From Rhina ancylostomus (lineage: Eukaryota): 64,000 bases of DNA. Under the pieces are notes generated by a model. That model saw only the letters and a list, made by a program, of their open reading frames with translations, had not been told where the DNA came from and did no database searches. This document shows, one piece after another, positions 1 to 13,980 of this stretch. The translations under genes were made by a program, and so were the position numbers. The stretch's first letter is position 1. Each line of letters begins with the position of its first letter. The stretch covers positions 16,083,398-16,147,397 of the forward strand of contig JARFYF010000062.1 in the NCBI GenBank assembly GCA_030265395.1. The letters run 5' to 3'.

Positions 1-3000
1 CCAGAGCCAGTGGTGTGTTCAGTTTGTGAGATGTGGGAGTTCCGGGAGACATCCAGTCTCCTGGTTAACTGCATCTGTATGAGGTGCATCCAGCTGCAGC
101 TCCTAACAGACCGTATTAGGGAAATGCATTTGCAGTGGAATGACTTCTGGCTCTTACGGGAGAATGTGGAGTACTTTGATAAGAGCTAAATGGAGGCATT
201 CATTCGGCAGCTTCAGGAGGTAGATAGATGGGTGACTGTCAGGAGGACGACTGAGAATAGGCAGGCAGCACTGCTGTGGTTGCTCTCCTCAATAAAGCTA
301 TACTTCTTTGGATACTTTTGGGATTGAAGACCGACCAGAGGAAAGCCACAGTGAACAGGTGTCTGCCACTGAGCCAGGTCATGTGGTGCAAAAGGGAAGG
401 GGGGGACAAGAGGATAACGGTGCTAATAGGGAATTCCATGTAATGGGGGCAGACAGAAGATTCCGTGGATGTGAAAGAGACTCGCGGATGGCAAGTTTCC
501 TCATCGGTGCCAGAGTCAGGGACATCTCGGATCATGTCCAGAGCATTCTGAATTGGAGGGGGGGGGCGTGAACATCCAGAGTTTGTGGGACATATTGGCA
601 CCAATAACATAGGTAAGAAAAGAGAAAAAAAGTCCCGAAGAGCGAATATAGGGAGTTGGGAAGGAAGCTGAAAAGCAGGACCACAGGTATAGTGACATAT
701 GGATTACTGCTTGTGTCACGTGCCAGTGAGGGTAAGAATAGGGAGATTTGGCAGACGAATGTGTAGCTGAGAAATTGGTGCAAGTGGCAGGTTTTCAGAT
801 TTGCTTATCATTGGTATCTCTTCTGGGGAAGGTATGACTTGTACGAAAGGGACGGGTTGCACATGAACTGAAGACGGACCAATATTCTTGCATGCAAGTC
901 TTGTAGAACTGTTGGTGACCGTTTCAAATAGTTTGTCAGAGGAATCGGAGACACAGTGATAGGTCAGAGGTTGGATAATTTAGTGTAGAAGTAGACGCAG
1001 AGTGTCGAAAGACTGTGAAAAGGGATCGATAGTTGAATAGACAAAATTGTAGTTAGTGGATGGGCTGAAGTTTGTCTACTTTCATGCGAGAAGTAACAGT
1101 AACAGGGATGATGAACGAAGAGCATAGGTAAGTAGGTGGATCTTTGACGTCGTGGCCATTGCAGAGACTTGCCTATCACAAGGTTAGGAATGGCTGCTGG
1201 ATATTCTGGGTTTTAGACTTTTCAGAAGGGAGATGTGTGGAGCTAAAAGGTGGGAGACTGGCTTTGCTGATCAGGGACAGTGTCCCAGCTGAAGAAATGG
1301 GGAATCCTGCAGGAACCATCCACTAAGTTAGTGTGGGTGGAAGTCAGAAACAGGAATTCAACGATATTTCTGTTGAGAGTCTTCTGCAGACCCAACAATA
1401 GCAGCAGAGACTCCGGGAAGCAGATCTGGAGGCAGACATTGAAGAGGCGCAAAAATAGCAGGGTTTTGTTTCTTTGGTAATTTCAACTTCCCGAGTATTG
1501 TTTGGCATATCCTAAGTGTAAAGGGGAAGGACAGGACTGAGTTCGTTCGATGTGTACAGGAAGGGTTCCTGACACAGAATTTGGACAGGACAACTGGAGG
1601 AGAGGCCGTACTGGCCCTGGCACTCGGCAATGAGGTTTCAGATCTCTCAGTGGGAGACAATTTTGGAGATAATGATCATAATTCCTGGACCTTTACCATA
1701 ACCCTGAAGAGGGATAGGAGCGTCGATATGGGAAAGTATTTAACTCGGAGAGGGGAGATCATGATGGTATAAAGCAGGATCTTGGGAGCATAACTTGGGA
1801 ACAGATGTTCTTGGAAGTGCATAGAGGAAATGTGCAGGTTGTATAAGGAATACATGCAGGAGATTCTGGATAGGTTTGTCCCATTGAGGCAGTGTAACGA
1901 TGGCAGAGTGAAGAAACCATGATTGACAAGAGATGTAGAATATCCTGTCAAGACGAAGAACGAAACATACCTGAGTTTTAGAAAGCATGGAGCAGACAGG
2001 GCTCTGGAGAACTGCAAGGTAGCCAGGAAGATCTTAGGAATGGACTTTGGAGAGATAGAATGGGGCACGAGAAGTCCTTTGAGTAGGATCAAGGAAAACC
2101 ACAAGTTGTGTGAACAACAGGAGGATAACTGAAGTGAGGGAAGGACCAATCAGGGATAAAAGAGGAAACATATGTCTGGAGTCAGAAGATACAGGGGACA
2201 TCCTTAATGAATCATTTACTTCAGTATTCACCAGTGGTAGTGACCTTGACATTTGTGAGGATGGCGTACACCTGATAGGCTAGGGCATATCAATGTGAGG
2301 AAAGAGGATGTGCCAGAACTCCTGAAAAACATTAGGATAGATAAGTCACTGTGGACGGACAGATATATCCATGGTCATTATAGGAAGCGAGGGAAGAGAT
2401 TGCTGTGTCTTTGGCAACGACCTTTATGTCCTCACTCAGCACAGTGTCCTGCCACAGGATTGGAGGGTAGCAAATATTTTTCCTTTGTTTCAGAAAAGAA
2501 GTGGGGTTTTCACAGAGGTTGCAGTGCAATGGGTCTTAATTCAGTGCTGGGTAAATTACTGGAGAAGATTATTCTTTGAATGATTTATGCGCATTTGGAG
2601 AAGGATAGGATGTTTCGGGACAGTCGGCATGGCTTTTTGAAGGGCATGTCATGCCTCACAAGCCTAAGTGAATTCTTTGAGGCTGTGACAAAGCACATTG
2701 ATGAAGGTAGAGCAGTGGATGAGGTGTGCATGGATTTTAGTAAGGCGTTTGATAAGGTTCGACTTACTCAGAAAGTCAGGAGGTATGGAATCCAGTTTAA
2801 TTTTGCAGTGTAGATTCAGAATTCACTCGCCTATTGAAGGCAGAGGGCGGTGGTAGAGGTAGCGTATTCTGCTTCGAGGTCGGTAACCGTTAGTGTACCG
2901 CAGGATCTATTTTGGGAGCCTTGTTCTTCATGATTTGTATAAATGACCTGGATGAGGATGTGGAAGGGTGAGATTAGGAAGATTGCTGATGATAGAAAGG

Positions 3001-3860
3001 TTGCTGGTGTTATGGATAGTGTGGAAGGTTGCTGTAGATTTCAACAGGATATTGTTAAAATGTAGACCTGGACTAAGAAGAGGCAGGTGTAATTCAACCC
3101 GAAAAAGTGTGAAATGATAACTTCATGAGATTTAATTTGAATGCCGAATACAAGGTTAATGACAGGACTCTTAGCAGTGTGGAGGAACAGAGGGATCACG
3201 GAGTCCAGGTCCAGAGATCCCTGAAGGTTGCCGCACCTGTCGATAGGATTCCTAAGAAGGCATATGGTGTGCTGGCCTTCATTAGTCGTGATATTGAGTT
3301 AAGAGCCGCGAGGTGATGTTGCAGCCCTAGAGAACTCTGTTCAGACCACAGTTGGAGTTTTGTTTAGTTCTGGTCGCCCCATTACAGGACGGATGTGGAA
3401 GCTTCAAAGGATGCAAAGGATGTTTACCAAGATGTTGCCTGGATTGGAGAGCATGTCTTATAAAGATAGTTTGAGTGAGCTTTGGATTTTCTCTTTGGAT
3501 AGAAGGAGGATGAGAGGTGACTTGATAGAGGTGTACAAGATGTCAAGAGGCACAGATCGAGTGGACAGTCAGAGACTTTTTTCCCCAGGAAGACAATGGC
3601 TAACATGATGGAATGTAATTTTAAGGTGACTGGAAGAAGATACAAGGAGAAGCCAAGGATAAGTTTATTTTTAGTAGGGTGCGTGGAATGCACTGCCATC
3701 TGGAGTTGTTGGGGAAGATACATTAGGGACTTTTCAGAAACTTGGACACATGAATGTTGGAGAATTGGGGGGCAATGTGACAGAGAAGGGTTAGATAGCT
3801 CTTAGACCGGGGTAAAATGTCAGCACAATATTTTGGGCTGAAGTTGCTGTACTGAGCAAC
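1..3860 (+). mobile_element. Near full-length decayed CR1-clade LINE (ORF1 esterase + ORF2 endonuclease/RT)
   Basis: Fragmented frames give ORF1 SGNH-esterase motifs (LIGNS ~421, DGLHMN ~851), endonuclease motifs (WVEVRNR, GNFNFP, GDNDHN) and RT motifs (SRHGFLKGMSCLTSL, MDFSKAFDKV, IADD ~2982, RRMRGDLIEVYK). Many stops and frameshifts; CR1-type 3' UTR at ~3600-3860. Confidence 0.93.
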
Positions 3861-5619
3861 TTCATTACAGAGAACCACAATGTTCTCGTAACAGCAGCTA
3901 TGAGCCATTTGACCCATACTCCCGTCCTTCTGTTCAGACTTCCCTTATTGGTCTGCCACTGAAAAATAAATTTCGTCTCTCGTTTCTATTTATATTTCAA
4001 AAATGGCAACGCAGACCTGAAACATTGTCCTTTTCTGTTTCTATGAGTTCTTCTCGACATCTTTAGCTTCACCAGGACTTTATGTTTTGCTGAGGTTTTC
4101 CAAATTATGATGTATTGTTTGCATTTTTTATTACATTCCTGATCGCTGAGCAAATGAAGCAGCTTCTGGGCTGAGATATTGCAAAAAAAAATCTCTTTTG
4201 AGAGCCCTGCAGTAAATATATTGTTACAATACCATACTTTCATGAGATCCAATGAAGGACCAGCAATATTGATAACCAAACTGAGATTACATATCATTCA
4301 GCGTACATAGGAAATGGTATCTTTTCCTATGGAAGCCTGTGTTTTTCAGTCCAGATGGCAGAGTTTACAGATTTGGAAAACCATGTCAGTCCATACCCAA
4401 CTAAGTGTAGAGATGTATCTAATGAAATTTGTGCACTCCAGTCACACTGTGCAAATTGGAGTTTCGGGGGTGTGGTGAGGTTTGGGTGGGGACTCACTTA
4501 AAATAGTGGATGTGTTGCTGTTCAGTGTAACATTTACACTTGATGTTTAAGTGCAATTCTAAAAGTACTCATTGAGGCCATTGCAGAGTAGCCCATCACA
4601 TCCTTTGCAGCTGGTGGAACTGCTTTGTTATTTAGACTATGGATGACATGCTTGAGAATACACTGTCTCTATTATTCTCTTGTATCCATTGTATTTATGT
4701 GAATGGTTCAGACAACTTTCAAGTTAATGGTTGATGTTACAGAAATGAATGATGATATTGTTCGTGCCAAGGGAGAGACAGGGAGGTTGAGGTCCATTTC
4801 AGCAATTTATTTGGGTTTGTGTGAAATGGAAACAACTTCTCCACTGTGAGCTGAACATCAAAGTTATTTCCAGTCTTACAGCATAAGGCTCATGACTGCT
4901 TCAATATTTGAGGAACTATGCATATGTCTCTACATTGCACCAACAGCAGTGATAATTTCCACCTCATGATGGATTGATCACACATGCTCGATTGAAATGA
5001 TTAAATTTTCTATTTTTTTTCAAATTTGTGAATCATGTGCTTGTGTAGTCTACACTGTTGACTGAACTCTGATTAAAGTGAGTCAATATTTACAGGATAG
5101 ACCCACACTGTAATTCTAGGTCTGTTGTAGGCAGCACTGCTGAATATTTTTGTTTGTCCACAATATCACCGCAATTTCATTGAGATCCACTTCTTGCCGT
5201 AAGCAGCACACAGTGTGTCAACTCAACACATTAACGTCCGTGTTGTCTCTCAGTTTCTCATGCGGTTGAAACTGAATGGATGGTTTTGGAGTTCTGATGC
5301 CAAACTATTTCATTCCAATTATTAATAATTATTACACTAAATGGATATTTCACTGCAGGCATCAACTGATCCCTAAATTCAGTGCAGGTTACTGCATGAA
5401 CATAATTGTTTCTTCATCTTTGGAGCAGGGACATTTGCCCCATTGTCTTATAAATCAATTATATGCCAAAAACCTCATTTTTTTCCACACAGTTCAACAT
5501 GAACACCATCCAAAGTAAGAGGAAATAGTCCACAAAGTAAACAGTAAAATTATATATTTCTTGCGGCTCTCATTTTAAGGATAACCGGGGCCTTCATTAC
5601 TCATATTCTGATGGGGGTG

Positions 5620-6310
5620 TATTTGATCATGCTGAAAATATTGAACATCACAGCACTGGAACAGCCCCTTGGTTCCACAATATCGGAGCCGACTATAATG
5701 TCAACGAAAATGAATTCCTTCTGCCTGCAAAAGATTAATATCCTAGATTCCCTGCTGTTTATGTTTCTGTCCAATTGATTCTTCAGCATTTCTACCGCAT
5801 TAGTTTTCAACCACACCTCTTATTAGTATGTTTCAGGCACACAAAGTCCTCGCTGCAATGAAATCCTTGTCATCCGCATCCACTTTAAACTTTTCGCCTC
5901 TCACTTTAAACCTATGCTCCCTTGTGTTTGACATTTCCCTCTGCCAAGCTGCTCTGTCAATGCTTTGAATATATATATATTTTTATCAGGTTGCTCCTCC
6001 GCATCCAGTGCCGCAATGAAAACAATTTAATTTTATCCAAACTTTTCTCCGTAATTAACACTGTCCAATCCAGGCAACATCCTGTTCAACTGCTTCTGCA
6101 AACCCTTTAGTGCCTCCATATACTTCCTGTAATGCAGCGACCACAAGTGCTTCGATACTTCAAATGTCACCCACTCAGTGTTTGATCCAGCTGCAACATG
6201 ACATCCCAACATTTAAAATCGGTGTCCCGCTTGATGAAGGCAAGCTTGCTTCATGACTGGTTTAGCAATCTACCCACTTGTGTTTTCACTAACATTCATT
6301 GTGTTGCCAC
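5620..6310 (-). mobile_element. Degenerate CR1 3' fragment
   Basis: Reverse complement resembles the RT C-terminus and 3' UTR of the element at 1-3860; boundaries approximate. Confidence 0.7.
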
Positions 6311-7499
6311 TTTATGTGCAAGGAATAAAACACTGAGGACAACAATTACAGTCACGGGAACGACTGACGTTGAAATGAAATCTGGATTTGAATTACTGTC
6401 CATGCCTGCGAATTGATGGCAAATTTCCTCATCGAAGTAAATGAGGGCATGCTCTGAAACTAATTACCACTTGTTGACATCAAATACCATATGTACGTAA
6501 ACAAAGAGAGCACAGTTACAGTTTCAAGAGCTCAACTTGCTGAAGATTTTATCTTTTCACACCTGACAACAATCAGAAACAAAGGAATTTAAGTTGACAG
6601 CAAGTTCGAACCTGCGGCTATGTAAAGTCGGGCATCATATACTGTATATAAAATATTGATATAGAATATATTCATTCTTAAGTCCAACGGGAATCTGGCT
6701 CAATATTAGGTAATTACAGTAGATCTGCCACTCCAACAGATATCAGAGAACCAGGGAATATTTTCAAGACATCGCACTTTCCCCAGCACAGGAATAAAAT
6801 TGCCAGTAACTTAGTTGAAATGGAAATAACGAGGGCAGTCATGCAGTAAACTAAATGGTAAAAAATATATAATTTTTTTGAAAAAATGCATGATGACATT
6901 TGCAGCATTGATTTTGACATACACACTGTTGGATGCTCTGCTATAGTTTCATGGATTTCTGGCTCCATTGCAGCACCGTAACTCAGAATCACTTGAGAAA
7001 GTGCAGCAGTCATTCACTGGAATAATACTGAACGGTTGAACCACACCAACAGGGTGCACAGAAATGTTTGCTTGTCCTCCACGGAAGAAGCTGAAGGCTG
7101 ATCTTTTTCATGTATTTAAGTTCAACGCAGCTGATCGAAGAGAGTCAACTGTGGAAGGTAATTTAAGCAAGGTAATTTCAGATAATCATCTTCACTTCCT
7201 GTCTCTTTAGAAATATTTATCTGTCACAGTAAGTGGACAGGACAGCACCTGCTTCAATGCATTCCTAAACATAAACCGGATTGCAGTATCAATGAAAGGA
7301 CTTTGCACCAAATAGTTCAATGGACATCTTGAACTTTCCACCTAAAATAATGTCGAGGTTTGTTTCAATGCTGTATGTCTATAAGACCCCATGACACCAT
7401 GGTTCCTTGACACTATCAGAGCATTCTCTTGTTTATTTCCAATAGCTCAGTCACTCACATGTTGAACAATGATCTCTTTCTGCCATTACACACCTACAC

Positions 7500-8070
7500 G
7501 TGAGGCAACATGCAGCAGTCAAATTATTTCCCTGAAAACCCATGGTGGTCAAACCATTGTGCAAAACTGTTTATTCCAACTTGACGACTACCTCTCCCTG
7601 CGGTGTTGATTCGTGGGAAAGGAGTGGATACTATTGAGGACGCAACAGCTGGGTTTTCCTTCCTTGGAGAGCAGATGGCTGACGGGGCAATTGATAAGAG
7701 TTGTGGAGAATTATAAGCGGCTGAGATAAGGTTGATGATTAGAACATTTTTCATGGCAAAGTGTCAATGGCCACACAGCAGCGGGCCATTGGGATGAGTA
7801 TGCAGTTAAGTGGTGTTCTGAGGAAGACTTTTATCACCCAGAAGGTATTTCCAATATGGAGCGCTCCACCTGAGGGTTTGGGCTGGGGAAGGCAGTGCCA
7901 TCACAGCAGTAAGTAGCTACGTGTTGGAGTACATGTATCACCAAGGCAGAGGAGGGTTAGGATGAGGTGCTGATAAATTTTGAGTTCAGTAGGTACCTAA
8001 TGGTGGATGTGGACAAGCTCGCACTAGTGGGCACGTTCCTGTGCTGTATGACTCTACAACTCTATGTTTC
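7500..8070 (+). mobile_element. Old CR1-like 3' fragment
   Basis: Degenerate RT C-terminal sequence ending in ctgtgctgtatgactcta-type tail; boundaries approximate. Confidence 0.6.
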
Positions 8071-9659
8071 TACGATTTACTGGTAACTTTGAACATTTCA
8101 ACATCTGCCACTTGAACCATTGATAAGCAGTGAAGAGGTTTTCTCTGGTAAAAATGTTGCCAGTTATCCAACTTTATATACTTTGCATCATGAACCCAAA
8201 ATTTAATATGGCAGGGCCTGGCTTCCCATGGCCGTATATGGGCAGCTGTTGCCATAGGGGAGATCTGTTCGAGTCCGTCTAGTTCAAGGCTGTCGACTGA
8301 GACAAAGGAAATTAATAATGACAAAGAAAATCACCAGAATGGATTTGAACAGATGTCAAAAAAATCTCCGTCACTTTCCAGACTGGATGGAATCACACAG
8401 ATACCGAACAGGACGGCACTGTGACTGCAAATGACTCTTTTGTTTTCTGCAGCGTGAGGAACCTGGGAGGTCAGAACAATCCCCTCATCTGCATTTCAGT
8501 TTTAGAATTATTCAGTTTTATCTGGAGGTTTTGATTCCTTTCGTTTCAAAGGAATGAAATTATAATTTAATGAAAATTATCTTCAAGAAGGAAAAATCTT
8601 TGTTCCAAACTATGTGCACCAGCACCTTGAGGTCTGTATTCACAGTCCACATCTGCCTTCAAGTTGTCCACAATGGAACAGTATTTGGTTTCCCAAGGCC
8701 GAGAGCAGCTGTAGGATTTTAAGACAAATTACTGTCAACTTTCCAAAAGTGCCAATTTCGGTATATATTAAAATAACTCCAGATGCCTACGAAAGGGCAA
8801 AAGAATAATGAATGTCATGGTTTACATCCATCAAAGACTCCTCAATTTATCATCCCGGACAATTGTGCATATTCTTGAGTTTCAGAGGGTAAGTAACTCA
8901 GGTCCCTCGCTTTCTTCATGAAAGTTGCCTAGATGGTGAAGATTATACCTTCCTTTACAAACGGACAAATACGAACCTGTGAAGCTGAATTAATGTGGAT
9001 ATTCTAATGGGGTGATATTTCGTTATCGACCTGTATAATTACCAGAAGCTTCAATGCTGATATATTTCTCAACCTGTCATTATTTTGCAGCTACTTATCT
9101 GTAATCACTATCCTTTGTTTACTGACCCTGGTGCAGTGGAAGTAATTATTCTCATCTGTGCCATGAAAGAGAAAGTTAATTTACCGCTTTGCTTCCTGTG
9201 CTCTTATCAGAACAGCCATTCTTGCTTGGGGTCTGGCCTGTATCATTCTTTGAATTCCCTCTGCACACTTTCCAAGGCCTGCACACAACAACATTGAAAG
9301 AAATTGCCAGCCCTTCAATTTCAATACAGTCGTAACTGATTTTTCCTTAACACCATTTTCTTGTATAATCTTCTTCTACCTCGAATTCATTAATATCACA
9401 AATCTGTCACACACTTCCTGACACATTAAGTCCCTCCTGACATATCGCATTCCCAATTCTACACAAACACTCACATCAGGTTTGCATTTGCACCAGCTGT
9501 GACTGAACAGTTTAAAATACCACTTCCCATTTTCCCAGAAGAACCACATTGACAGTTTAATACATTAAGACAAGACACTGAGTTGTCAATGGGGGAGCAC
9601 ATTGGGATCAGTAGCCATAGTTCTATTTGATTTAAATTAGTTATGTAAATGGGCAGATC

Positions 9660-11815
9660 TGGTCCAAAATTCAAAGTTCTAAATGGGAATATGGCAAATC
9701 TTAATGGTATTAGACAGGAACATTCAAAATTGATTGCAATTGTCTGTTTGCAGACAAACGAACGTCTGGCAAGTGGGACGCCTTAAAAGTGAGATATCTG
9801 CATGTTCCTGGTCTAGTGAAGGACAAGGCTGGCAGGAGTATGAAATTTGGATGAGGTGAAATACAGAGAGGCCGGTCAGGGAAAAAAAGAAAGAGGCGGG
9901 GGTCAGCTACAGGCGGCTTGCATCACGTGAATCCTTGACGGGAGTAAATGTTTCAGGAGTATACTCAAGCAGGAAATCTGAAGGGAAAAAATGGGGCACG
10001 AGATAGCTTTGGCAGAGAAGATTAATGAGAATACATAAAGATATGAAATGTATATTAAGGGGAAAAAGTAATTAGAGAAAGAGTAAGGACCTTTCAAGAC
10101 CAATGTCATGGCTGAGGTCCTGAATGTGTATTCCTCCTCGGCTGAGATAGCAGAGCAAAAATTGAAGACTTCAGACCTTGGGATCGTTAATTTGAAGACC
10201 TTGGGGATAGTCCACATTACAGCATTCAGATGTCTGAAAGTTTGGGAAGGTAGATAAATCTCCAGGGCATGATCAGGGAAATACAAGAAAACTGTGGAAG
10301 CAAAAGTAGAAATTGAGGGAACCCTGGCTGAGATATATGCATTATCCTGAGCGACGGGTGAAGTGCCAACAGACTGGAAAGAGGCTAATGTTGTGCGCTC
10401 ATGATGNNNNNNNNNNAAGAGTTGCAAAGAAAAACCTGGGAACTGTAGACTGGATTCTAGGGATAGAATGTGCAAGCATTTGGTAAGAGGGGCAGAGATT
10501 AGGGATAGTCAGCAAAGCTTTGTTTGTGGCAGATCATGTCTCACAAGTTTGATCAAATTCTTTTGAAGAAGTAACCAAGAAGGTCGCTGACGGCAGGGCA
10601 GTAGACATGATCTATAAGGACTTCAGCAGACAGGTTCCACATGGTAGGCCGCTGTCGAATGTTCCATATCAGGAGATCCAGGGAGAGCTACTTTTTCGAT
10701 ATTGATTGATTTGATGGTAGAAAGTAGAGGGTGATGGCGAAAGGTTATTTTTCGGGCTGGAAGTTTGTAACCAGAGGTTTTCCCAAGGGCCTTATGCTGG
10801 GACCATTGTTATTTGTCATCCGTTTCACTGATTTGGATGACAATGTCCAAGGCACACAAGTAAGTTAGAAGGTGCCACTGAAATAGATGATGTCGTTGCT
10901 AGTGAAGGTGGTTATCAGCATTTCCAGATGGATCTTGAGCTGAGAAAGTGTGCCAAGGAATGGCAAATCGAGTTTCATTCGGATAAATGTGAACTGTTGC
11001 ATTTTGAAAAACACATCGATGTACGAAATCGCAGTGAATGGTTGGGCCCTAGGGAGTGTTGCAAACGGAAGGACCAAGGAGTACATTGTTCCCTGAAAGT
11101 GGTGTTGGAGCTAGGCAGGGTGGTGAAGAAGGCTTTTGGAAGATTGGCCTTCATCAGTCAGGGTACCGAGTATATAAGTTATGCAAGATGTGGGGAGGGC
11201 ACATTTGGAATATTGTTCTCAGTTTCGGTCACCCTGCTCCAGGAAAGATGTCATTAAGCCTGAAAGAATGGATAAGAGCTTTACGAGGTTGTCGCTGGGA
11301 CTCCAGGGTTTGTCACAATGTTGAGCAAGGACCAAGCTCGCAGAGAACCCAAGTGTGGCACACTGAAACAAGAATAGAGTCAGGATACTTCCTCAGGAAA
11401 ACCACAGGCAGTGACTGGGAGGAATCTTGCCTCAGAGATCAGAACTGGAATCCCAACACAAACTGGATCTGCAAACGGAATAGAGAACACAGGACTGCTC
11501 TAGAGCAGACCTCTCTATGCAACTAGGAGCCAAGGTAGACCCAATTGTAGACCAATACTCTGGCAACCAGTGCTCGAGAAACCCAGGTACTTAAGCTGGA
11601 CCCCTGATGAGGCTCAGCTGAGTGTCGTTATACAATCAGTCCAGCATGGAATCCATGTGCTGGACAACAACGCATTAAAGGAGGCAAATTGAGGGCCAGA
11701 ACTCAGAACCATGACAGTGTTTGAGTTATGGAGAGAGGTTGAGCAAGTTGGAGCCTTTTTCATTGGAAAATTAAAGAACTATATAAAATTATGAGTGGCA
11801 CAGATAGGGTGTGCG
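9660..11815 (+). mobile_element. 5'-truncated decayed CR1 LINE, interrupted by a solo LTR
   Basis: RT-region motifs (WQIEFHSDKCELLHF, VVKKAFGRLAFISQG). Reading GLQGL|SYGERLSKLG resumes across the LTR at 11311-11716. Confidence 0.9.
11311..11716 (-). mobile_element. Solo Gypsy-type LTR with 5-bp target-site duplication
   Basis: TGTCA...TGACA ends; flanks gggtt (11306-11310) and gtgtt (11717-11721); reverse complement matches the LTR at 42395-42799. Confidence 0.92.
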
Positions 11816-13980
11816 TGATTCGGTTTAAACTTTGAATATCTTCGCACGATTTTGAGAAAAGAGGAGGAATCCCTGTTTAGTCTTTAATTGCAACAAACCA
11901 TTACTGGAAACGGACTGCATGTTGCTCTTGCTACATCAGAAGGATGTGTTTACCACTTCAACTTTGGAGAATAAAGTCTTAAAACTCTGAGTTTCCTGAG
12001 TTGTGTCAGATACTGTGTGAAAACAAGACTTCATAGTGTTGTTGTTCAGCTCTTCTAATCACAGATTCTGATTAAACTACTTCCATCATTTTGGCTAATA
12101 CCATAGTCCACAGTTGGAATTCCCACTGGACTAATGTGCTTCGCTATCTAGATGGCTATTTTGAGAAAATGGGAAGTGGTATTTTAAATTGTTCAGCGAC
12201 AGTGGTATGTAACTCAAACTGCTATACTGCAATTGTCCAGTTGAGTGCAACTCCAATCTGTCAGGACAGAGCACAGAAGCAGCCGATGTCAAGCTTCATA
12301 GAAATAGAATGCTCGTTTTTGCAGATACATTATGTTGGATTCGAACTGCAATGATTGAAAGGAAAAGCAATATAAACTCGGTGTTCTTCTGAATATGCAC
12401 AAACATGTAGTGGGGATTATATTTCATTTTTTTTCTGGATCAAGGCAGATCACACAAAACCAGTGTTTATTCCCCAAACCTAAATGCACTTCAGTAGGTG
12501 GAGGGGACCCAGCTTCCTCAAACGCTTCAGTACTTCGGGTGAAGGTGCGCACACGAAACTCTTACGTGAGGAGTTCATGCGAAATTTAAGTCCGAGCCAT
12601 AATATTTGAAAATAAATCTGATGTTTGGCTCAGTATTGGAAACTAAACTGTGCTGCTGTCCCCATGCAGTTGCTGCGATTTTGCTTCATATTATAATTCA
12701 TGGGTTTGGGAGGTGTGGTTGGACAGACAACTGTAACCGCAGAAAGCTGGGGCAGGGAATGGATTGGCAACGGAGATAATTGGACATGGTTGCTTTTGCA
12801 TTTCTTGATTAATGGGGAAACTTCACTCATCCAGGCAACTTGAGAAAATTCTATTCTGCTGCACACTTGTGCCACATGGATCTTTGATAGATTTTGGTGC
12901 ATCACGAGTTGAGTTACTCACTGCAGGATACACAGCCCCTGATCTGCCCTTATCGTACTTATGTAGCTGGTGCAGTTGAATTTTTGGTCAGCGGAATCCC
13001 CAGTATGGTGAAGGTAGTGCCAATGTCAATCATGTTGAATATCAGCAGGATGTCCTTACACCGGCTCTAGTTAGAGACAGTCAATGCCCAGCATGTTTAG
13101 GTGCACATCTTTATTGCAACTGATCATGTTTTCACTGAATGATGCCCGGATACTCTTTCCATGCAGGAATGGGCTGCTTCATAGTATTGCTTTCCCTTTG
13201 ATGCTCCGTGATTTCCCTTGTGTAAAACATTTTGACGCTAGTTTTCATCAAAATGCTTCCTTGTTCTCAACGGCAGTCGCTCTCGATGCATCTCTGGAAT
13301 TCAACAGTTAGCTGTTCTGGATGGCATTTCAATGTTGTATTGACGGAGGGCTGTATTTTCCTGTTGGATTTTGGACAGGATGCTCAACAGGAGCTTGATC
13401 TGAAATTCAATGTCCCGGGGTGCAGTGACTGCATGTTTGTTGAAGAGGCCTGAACATCAGATGAAAATGAATTCAAAATATACGGCAGTGATTACAACAC
13501 CAATATTTGGGATGGCATTGCATGTTTCTTGTCGAGGCCTGAACAACCAATTGAACAACTGGATTCCTGCATGGTATATTGCGAATATCAATCCATTAAA
13601 AATAAAATGTTTCAAATAAAATATATGTTAATTTATTGTGAGAAAATACTTTTTACTAATTATTAATAATATTTGGAGACATTACTCCAGTCTGCCTTGT
13701 GGTTCAATGATACCCAATCTGAGCTCTGTTGGTGCATTGTCATCGAGATTAGTGTTTGGACAATGAAAGACAGAAAACCTCACATATCATGAATACCATA
13801 TTTAGAACCACAGAATTTCAGAGCAATTGGAGGACCAACATTCAGAGACTGTCACTGAACCAGAATTTCCTGCTTTTTAATTTTATGAGGATTTATTTCC
13901 CCTGGACACTGCAGTACATATGCTGTAGAAGAGGTTGTCTGGTCTGTTTCACACACTCACGTTAGAAAGGTTGAATTAAG

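Noticed and set aside
9903-10475. Long minus-strand ORFs (also 1676-2149, 239-610, 53000-53272)
   Set aside because: Antisense shadows of CR1 coding sequence.
11056-11526. 156-aa ORF and similar ORFs at 31801-32184 and 42607-42942
   Set aside because: Chance read-through of CR1 and antisense LTR sequence, partly across N gaps.
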